This document shows positions 1 through 5,356 of a stretch of DNA of 5,356 nt, in pieces. The stretch covers positions 1 to 5,356 of the forward strand of contig NW_021830050.1 of assembly GCF_006345805.1 (NCBI RefSeq), in the 5' to 3' direction. The position numbers were made by a program, and so were the translations under genes. Under the pieces are notes generated by a model, which searched no databases, was not told where the DNA came from, and worked only from the letters and a program-made list of their open reading frames with translations. Source of the DNA: Octopus sinensis (taxonomy: Eukaryota). Every line of letters begins with the position of its first letter. Within the stretch, counting starts at the first letter, position 1.

Positions 1-212
1 GTACCATTTTGTTGCACAATGTGTCTCCATCTTTCCTTTAACTTGAAAATACCCTCTTTCTAAAATAAGTCGAAAGGTAAGCTACTATAAACCGGCACGA
101 ACTTTCTGGACAACCCAATAATTTAGCAAAATGAATATTTACTGTTGCAACAGCTTTAGTCATAAGGTCTGGGCGAACATTAATGAACTATGGCTAAAGA
201 TATCAGAGCCGG

Positions 213-338
213 TAACAATAACAACAACCGCATGACCTCCATCACAACCGGTACGACCACTGGGACCACACGACCACCATGAACGCCGCCGCCAAAACCA
301 TAACCATAGCTACCGTCATCACCGTCACCATGAACAAT
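213..338. repeat. Degenerate (AAC/ACC/CAC/CGC)n trinucleotide-like low-complexity tract
   Basis: taacaataacaacaacc...acgaccac...cgaccaccatgaacgccgccgccaaaaccataaccatagctaccgtcatcaccgtcaccatgaacaat: 3-nt periodicity with many substitutions. Confidence 0.7.
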
Positions 339-352
339 ATATGCATTTTACG

Positions 353-354
353 TA

Positions 355-385
<31 letters not shown>

Positions 386-386
386 G

Positions 387-419
<33 letters not shown>

Positions 420-427
420 GTATATAC
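353..427. repeat. Compound (TA)n-(TACA)n microsatellite
   Basis: A pure TA run is followed by about 6 TACA units and more TA. Confidence 0.95.
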
Positions 428-488
428 AGAGAGGGAGAGAGAGAGTGTGCGAGAGAGAGTGTGTGCGTGAGAGAGAGAGAGAGAGAGA
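428..488. repeat. (GA)n microsatellite interrupted by GT/GC units
   Basis: agagagggagagagagagtgtgcgagagagagtgtgtgcgtgagagagagagagagaga. Confidence 0.95.
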
Positions 489-544
489 ATCAGTGAATAA
501 GAAAGAATGTATAAATTATAGATTATATACATCATGCTATCTCC

Positions 545-617
545 ATACACATTGTATGTATAAGTGTATGTATATATTTGTGCATGTATTCATTTATATA
601 TATAATATATATATATA

Positions 618-664
<47 letters not shown>

Positions 665-945
665 TCTTTCTTTCTTTCTTTCTTTCTTATATATATATAT
701 TTCTTCTTTCTTATATATATATATATATATAAATATTTGTATATATAATAATGTTTACATATATGTACATACAGATGCATACATATGATATGGATATATA
801 TATATATTATATATATATATATATATATATTATAATATATATATAATATATATATATATATTATATCTGCGTAAGTACATATTTGTGTGTATAAATGTAT
901 GTTCTGTTTGCATTTGTGTATATATATCTCCCACTCTATATGCAA
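545..945. repeat. (TA)n-dominated low-complexity tract with TG/CA variants and an embedded (TTTC)n run near 664-688
   Basis: Long TA runs at about 595-662, 689-731 and 795-862, with degenerate TATG/TGTA units on both flanks. Confidence 0.9.
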
Positions 946-1131
946 CATTCACAAATTGAAGAGACAAAACTGACCAATTCAAGTGAAATAATAAAATAAT
1001 AGCCTACATTTACTACTTAACTGTGTTTTATAGCCTGAAGAATCGACTTTCGAAACTGGATTATCTAACTTCTTAATACCAGGATTAAGAAGAATACAAA
1101 AACAAATCCTACACAAAATCATAAAAGTAAC

Positions 1132-1283
1132 GATGCTGCTGCTGCGCTGATGATGATGATGATGATTTAATAATAATAATAATAATAATAATAAAATAAT
1201 AATAATAATAATAATCATAATAATAATAGTAATAATAATAATATAATAATAATAATAATAATAAATAATATAATAAAGTAATG

Positions 1284-1350
<67 letters not shown>

Positions 1351-1441
1351 CGATATAATGGCAAATATAAAAATAAATATATGAAATATCATAGAAACAG
1401 AACAAGAAATAAAGCAAAGAATATTTAAGGAAATAATAATA

Positions 1442-1490
<49 letters not shown>

Positions 1491-1557
1491 TATAATAATA
1501 ATAATAATAATAGTAATAATAACAACAACAACAACAAACGCATAAACAACAAAATAA
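1132..1557. repeat. Compound trinucleotide array (GCT)n-(GAT)n-(AAT)n-(AAC)n with an A-rich interruption near 1348-1432
   Basis: gatgctgctgctgc, then (gat)6, then AAT runs at about 1168-1347 and 1433-1520, then (aac)5 from 1521. Confidence 0.95.
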
Positions 1558-1845
1558 ACTTCGAAGACTCTATTCGTTGCCAAGAAAAGAAATCTTCTCC
1601 AAGTCTGTAGATTGATCTTAAGTTTAATCTGATTCTGACCTATGTAACTGACAAACCATTCTCATATTCAGACAGATTGTATTGTTGCAATCTTTTCACT
1701 CCTTACCGCAAATTTTTTCTTCCCCCTTCTTTAACTATGAGTCATGTTGTAAATACCGCCATATTGTCTTGGAGGAAGCGACGCTGCACGTTTCCTTTCT
1801 TTTCTTCTGGATTTTATCGCCGCCATTTGAATATGTCGGAACTGA

Positions 1846-1992
1846 CCGTCATCAACATAATCGTCAGCATAATCGCAATAATAATTATGATAAAAATAAT
1901 AATGAGGATGATGATGATGTTGATGAGACACTAATAATATAATAATAATAATATAATAATAATAATAATAATAATAATATAATAATATAATA

Positions 1993-2023
<31 letters not shown>

Positions 2024-2032
2024 TAATAAATA

Positions 2033-2103
<71 letters not shown>

Positions 2104-2106
2104 GTA

Positions 2107-2142
<36 letters not shown>

Positions 2143-2158
2143 TAATAATAATAATAAT
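1846..2158. repeat. Degenerate CAT/CGT/GAT lead-in followed by a long (AAT)n array (1932-2158)
   Basis: ccgtcatcaacataatcgtcagcataatcgcaataat...gaggatgatgatgatgttgatgag, then about 225 nt of AAT with single-base phase slips. Confidence 0.95.
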
Positions 2159-2665
2159 TTCATTTATTTGCCACAAGGGAGAAGGATGAGGGGGACAATA
2201 CAAAGACAGATATAAAGTGTGAAGGTTTACATGAGATAATGAAATGATAAAGAAAAAGAGGGAAGAAAGAAAGAAAGCATACACGGTATTCATTGAAAAA
2301 GAAGGGACATATGCATAGCATACACAGGTTAAAAAAAGGGGGCGGGGAGGATGATAGAGATGTGACCCTCCTGATACAGGAACGTCTCTAGGGATAATCG
2401 AGGAACCCCCACTATCTGTCCGAGATTACCCTGAAATCCTAGGTGCATGTGCCCTCTTCCATTCCTTCTCTCCGACTCACAGGTGCACACTTAGAGAGGC
2501 ACCATCCACTCTTGCCATTTTCGCAACTTTCACCCGCCTTTCCAAAAAAAAACTCACTCGAGGACAGCAGTTCTCTTGAAATCAGAATATGACGAGCCCT
2601 GAAGAAACACGGCAAAGCATTATTCACGGTCAACACTTTTCGATTTTATTCTTCAGCTTTTTTCA

Positions 2666-2666
<1 letters not shown>

Positions 2667-2734
<68 letters not shown>

Positions 2735-2921
2735 ACTACTACTACTACTACTACTATTATTGCTGCTGCTGCTACTACTACTACTGCTACTGCTGCTGCT
2801 GCTATTACTACTACTACTACTACTACTATTACTACTACTACTACTACTACTACTGCTGCTGCTGCTACTACTACTACTACTACTGCTGCTGCTGCTGTGC
2901 TGCTGCTACTACTACTACTAT

Positions 2922-2960
<39 letters not shown>

Positions 2961-2974
2961 TGCTGCTGCTTCTG

Positions 2975-3036
<62 letters not shown>

Positions 3037-3068
3037 ACTACTACCACTACTACTACTACTACTACTAC
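2667..3068. repeat. Compound (CTA)n/(CTG)n trinucleotide array
   Basis: About 400 nt of CT[A/G] triplets. It opens with (CTA)13(CTG)9, has about 7 CTG blocks in total, rare TTA/CTT/CCA variants, and one phase slip near 2898. Confidence 0.98.
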
Positions 3069-3287
3069 AGAGTACAAAGTACAACTCTGTGGGCCTTCGA
3101 TGTATGCCCTGCCTACAATTGCTATATTCTTTAATGAGGGCATATTTGTCAAGTCTTAGCGCTTGGACTAATTATTGCGTGTATTTTAAAAATCGTCCTT
3201 AATAGTCCATCCGTTACCCCGTGACTGTATTATTTCTGGCTACACCGCTTACATGTCCGTGCTTATAACGTTACACAACGTCCTAGC

Positions 3288-3347
3288 ACTCTCTTTCTCC
3301 TTTTGTCTCTGTCTCTGTCTCTCCCTCTCTGTTCCTGCCTCTCTGTC

Positions 3348-3384
<37 letters not shown>
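3288..3384. repeat. (CT)n microsatellite with degenerate (CTGTCT)n 5' part
   Basis: Pyrimidine tract ending in a pure (CT)n run at about 3351-3384. Confidence 0.95.
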
Positions 3385-3388
<4 letters not shown>

Positions 3389-3556
3389 TCATGAATTTGG
3401 AATAAAAATTAATTTTCAGATGAAGTCTAGGCCGCTTAGCCGGGATTAATAATTGTGCTGCTATTCGCTAAAACCATTGCATTCTTGTCTAAAAGACCCC
3501 CATTATTCACTGATAAATGCGGCGTCCCTGTACATTTCAGCTCATTGTCTCTATCT

Positions 3557-3557
3557 A

Positions 3558-3603
<46 letters not shown>

Positions 3604-3810
3604 ATGCGCACACATACAGTCGTTCGTAGAGCCGCACATATAGCTGCACACCCGTCCACATATTTCACCTATAACACACACACTACGGTTCGATCATAGT
3701 ATTACCTACATAGCAGCTCGCTGCATATACATCTACGTCCTTGAACACATCATCATACACTCTCTACATCTATTCTCACACGTACAGACATACTCACAGA
3801 CACACACAAT
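3557..3810. repeat. (CA)n microsatellite (3557-3601) followed by decayed CA-rich sequence
   Basis: A near-pure CA run, then residual cacac/catac/acacac motifs up to about 3810. Confidence 0.85.
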
Positions 3811-4090
3811 ATTATCACATATCCCTTTAAGCCTTCACGTGCTTGTCTTGCCTATCTTCCTGAGCCCATTCTTTTTTTCCGCTGCAACACAACATTATAC
3901 ACACTTCTGCTAATTTCTGTTATGTTGTTCACCATACTGCTATAATAGTATCATTGTGATACTAGGAATTACAAAAATCCCTGTTTTATTAGAATCAAAA
4001 CTGGTTTTTCTCTTAACATTCTTTTCCATTTTTCTTCGCTATTGCTCTTTTCATCTCTTCCTGTCGAAGGACCACTGTTTGTAACATTCT

Positions 4091-4249
4091 TTTCTACTCT
4101 AGATCTAGGGACAAGGCCCGAAATTTTTGGGGAGGTGGCCAGTCATTTAGATCGACTCCAGTACTTAATTTATTGACCCTGAAAGGAGCAAAAGGCAAAG
4201 TCGACCTCGGCGAAATTCGAACTCAAAACGTTAAGACAGACGAAATACC
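4091..4249 (-). mobile_element. tRNA-derived SINE, 5'-truncated (copy A, tail type 1)
   Basis: Minus strand reads ggtatttcgtctgtcttaacgttttGAGTTCGAATTTCgccgaggtcgactttgcc..., with a Pol III B box at 4212-4224. Hand alignment gives about 83% identity to 4315-4433 over about 108 aligned nt. No A box is present. It resembles an Octopus SINE family from memory (unverified). Confidence 0.85.
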
Positions 4250-4454
4250 TATTTCTTTACTGTCCACAAGGGGCTAAACACAGAGAGGACAAACAAGGAC
4301 AGACAAACGGATTAAGTCGATTACATCGACCCCAGTGTATAACTGGTACTTATATTGTCGACCCTGAAAGGATGAAAGACAAAGTCGACCTCGGCAGAAT
4401 TTGAACTCAGAACGTAGCGACAGACGAAATACCCCTAAGCATTTCGCCCAACGT
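4250..4454 (-). mobile_element. tRNA-derived SINE, 5'-truncated (copy B, tail type 2)
   Basis: B box GAGTTCAAATTCT on the minus strand at 4396-4408. It shares the head/core with copy A. Its distinct tail at 4250-4314 ends ...gtaaagaaata on the minus strand. No A box is visible to the right of about 4454. Confidence 0.85.
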
Positions 4455-4959
4455 ATGAAACATCCATGATTCAGTGCTAGATATGTTAGTTGTCCCCAAA
4501 TAGATATTCTATAATACGTTTCTATTTGCATATGACCACCTTCAGCCTTTCATTCGTAGTAAATATAACATTGTATTTGAGTTCTTGAGTCTTTTATGCT
4601 AAAAACACAGAAATGACTTTTGCAGGTCTCCAAAGGACGATCTGGATGTTCGACGATGTCGCTCCTAAACACAATTTTAGAGCATGTACCAGTGTGCATT
4701 AATGTTTAGGACATTAATATTAATATTTAGGATAGGACACATCCTGGTGCTAAATTTATATAAAGGGACGGCATACGAAGGACACGATCAGGTACATTTG
4801 TAGTCATATAGGCCCTTGACATGACCTCAAGTATGTGACACAAGCAAGACCGGTGATGAGTGCGGAGGTGAGAGGATTTAAGTTGTGCTCTGGTAGAATC
4901 TTCATGCACATGACTGCCCTGATTTCCTGCGAAGACCACGAAGCTTTTCTGCAGCTGTT

Positions 4960-4971
4960 AACCTATGTGAG
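4960..4971 (+). repeat. Left target-site duplication of SINE C
   Basis: aacctatgtgag matches 5293-5304 at 11 of 12 positions. Confidence 0.8.
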
Positions 4972-5292
4972 TGAAGGCGCGTGGCTTAGTGATTAGGGGC
5001 ATTCGGCTCATGATCGTAACGTCGTGAGTTCAATTCCCGGCGGCGAGTTGTGTCCTTTATTTCAAGCTGCTCCAGTCCACTCAGTTGGCAAAAATGAATT
5101 GTACCTGTATTTCAAAGGACCAGACTTGTCACTCTCTGTGTCACGCTGAATATCCCCGAGAACTACGTTAAGGGTACACGTATTTGTGGAGTGCTCAGCC
5201 ACTTGCACGTTAATTTCACGAGCAAGCTGTTTCCGTTGATCGTATCAGCTGGGACCCTCGTCGTTGCAACCGACGGAGTGCTCCTAAAAAAA
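4972..5292 (+). mobile_element. Apparently full-length tRNA-derived SINE (copy C, different family) with A-tail and TSD
   Basis: A box TGGCTTAGTGA at 4982-4992 and B box GAGTTCAATTCC at 5026-5037. An anticodon-arm remnant lies at 5002-5018 and a 3' stem-loop at 5257-5278. An A9 run lies at 5286-5294. Flanking direct repeats are aacctatgtgag and aacctgtgtgag. Confidence 0.9.
4982..5037 (+). promoter_or_regulatory. Internal type-2 RNA Pol III promoter (A box and B box) of SINE C
   Basis: The A box matches TRGCNNARYGG except at the last base. The B box matches the GTTCRANNC core. Spacing is tRNA-like. Confidence 0.7.
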
Positions 5293-5304
5293 AACCTGTG
5301 TGAG
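5293..5304 (+). repeat. Right target-site duplication of SINE C
   Basis: aacctgtgtgag directly follows, and overlaps, the A-tail. Confidence 0.8.
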
Positions 5305-5356
5305 GAGAGAATAGACAATTGCTCAAGATGAGAGTCCCTCCCCCAGTTTCTTTTAG

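Larger units (their letters stand above)
1..5356 (+). other. Possible complete spliceosomal intron (GT...AG) of an unseen host gene
   Basis: The window begins GTACCA (a weak donor) and ends TCCCTCCCCCAGTTTCTTTTAG (pyrimidine tract plus TAG). Its content (microsatellites, SINEs, no credible CDS) is intron-like. Flanking exons are not visible, so this cannot be confirmed. Confidence 0.45.

Noticed and set aside
142-153. Perfect 12-bp palindrome CTGTTGCAACAG (also ATTAATATTAAT at 4713-4724 and CTAGATCTAG at 4099-4108)
   Set aside because: These are isolated. The latter two come from small local duplications, and a few such palindromes are expected by chance or slippage in 5 kb.
1035-1056. Hammerhead-ribozyme-like core CTGAAGA...GAAAC
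   Set aside because: Stem II cannot close (A opposite C), and no stem III, cleavage triplet or stem I partner is present.
2358-2636. 73-codon open frame at 2358-2576 (+) and ORF 2439-2636 (-)
   Set aside because: The + frame has no ATG and no convincing splice boundaries. Neither peptide is recognisable, and such lengths are expected in a GC-richer island.
3407-3449. Strong acceptor TTTTCAG|ATG at 3419 as a coding exon
   Set aside because: All three frames stop within 30 nt and there is no good donor before the stops.
242-3681. Long ORFs in the track (poly-L, poly-I/Y, poly-S/V, HT/CV and YI repeats)
   Set aside because: They are translations of microsatellites that lack stop codons in some frames, with no domain-like sequence.
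4141-4433. About 110-nt direct repeat pair as a CRISPR-like or LTR-like structure
   Set aside because: There are only two long, diverged copies, each with a Pol III B box. They are fully explained as two SINE heads.
4080-4466. Possible TSD around the composite SINE (gtaacattc versus gaaacatcc)
   Set aside because: It is short with two mismatches, and copy B is truncated, so the true boundary is unknown.
4524-4795. Octamer ATTTGCAT (4524-4531) and TATATAAAG (4757-4765) as a promoter
   Set aside because: These are isolated short motifs in AT-rich DNA, with no proper Inr match or downstream gene evidence.
4274-4939. Minus-strand ORFs 4274-4531 and 4727-4939
   Set aside because: They are short with no recognisable motif. 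The first simply reads through SINE B.
4976-5046. tRNA-Met gene (loop CT-CAT-GA at 5007-5013)
   Set aside because: The acceptor and T stems do not pair, and the sequence continues into a SINE body with A-tail and TSD. It is a tRNA-derived head, not a tRNA gene.

Overview
AT-rich, non-coding animal DNA with no supportable protein-coding gene, CRISPR array or RNA gene. Roughly a third of the window is microsatellite: (TA)n, (TACA)n, (GA)n, two long (AAT)n arrays, a compound (CTA)n/(CTG)n array, (CT)n and (CA)n. Nearly all long ORFs in the track are translations of these repeats. The last 1.3 kb holds three tRNA-derived SINEs. Two 5'-truncated minus-strand copies are fused head-to-tail (4091-4249 and 4250-4454); they share a head/core but have unrelated tails. 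One apparently full-length plus-strand copy (4972-5292) has A/B boxes, a 3' stem-loop, an A-tail and a 12-bp target-site duplication. From memory these resemble Octopus (coleoid cephalopod) SINE families, which fits the microsatellite load, but I could not check this against a database. The window starts with GT and ends in a pyrimidine tract plus TAG, so it may be exactly one + strand intron. I found no convincing new biological system. The best leads are the composite SINE, splice signals linked to the SINE insertion, a candidate 93-nt cassette exon and a homeodomain-site cluster.
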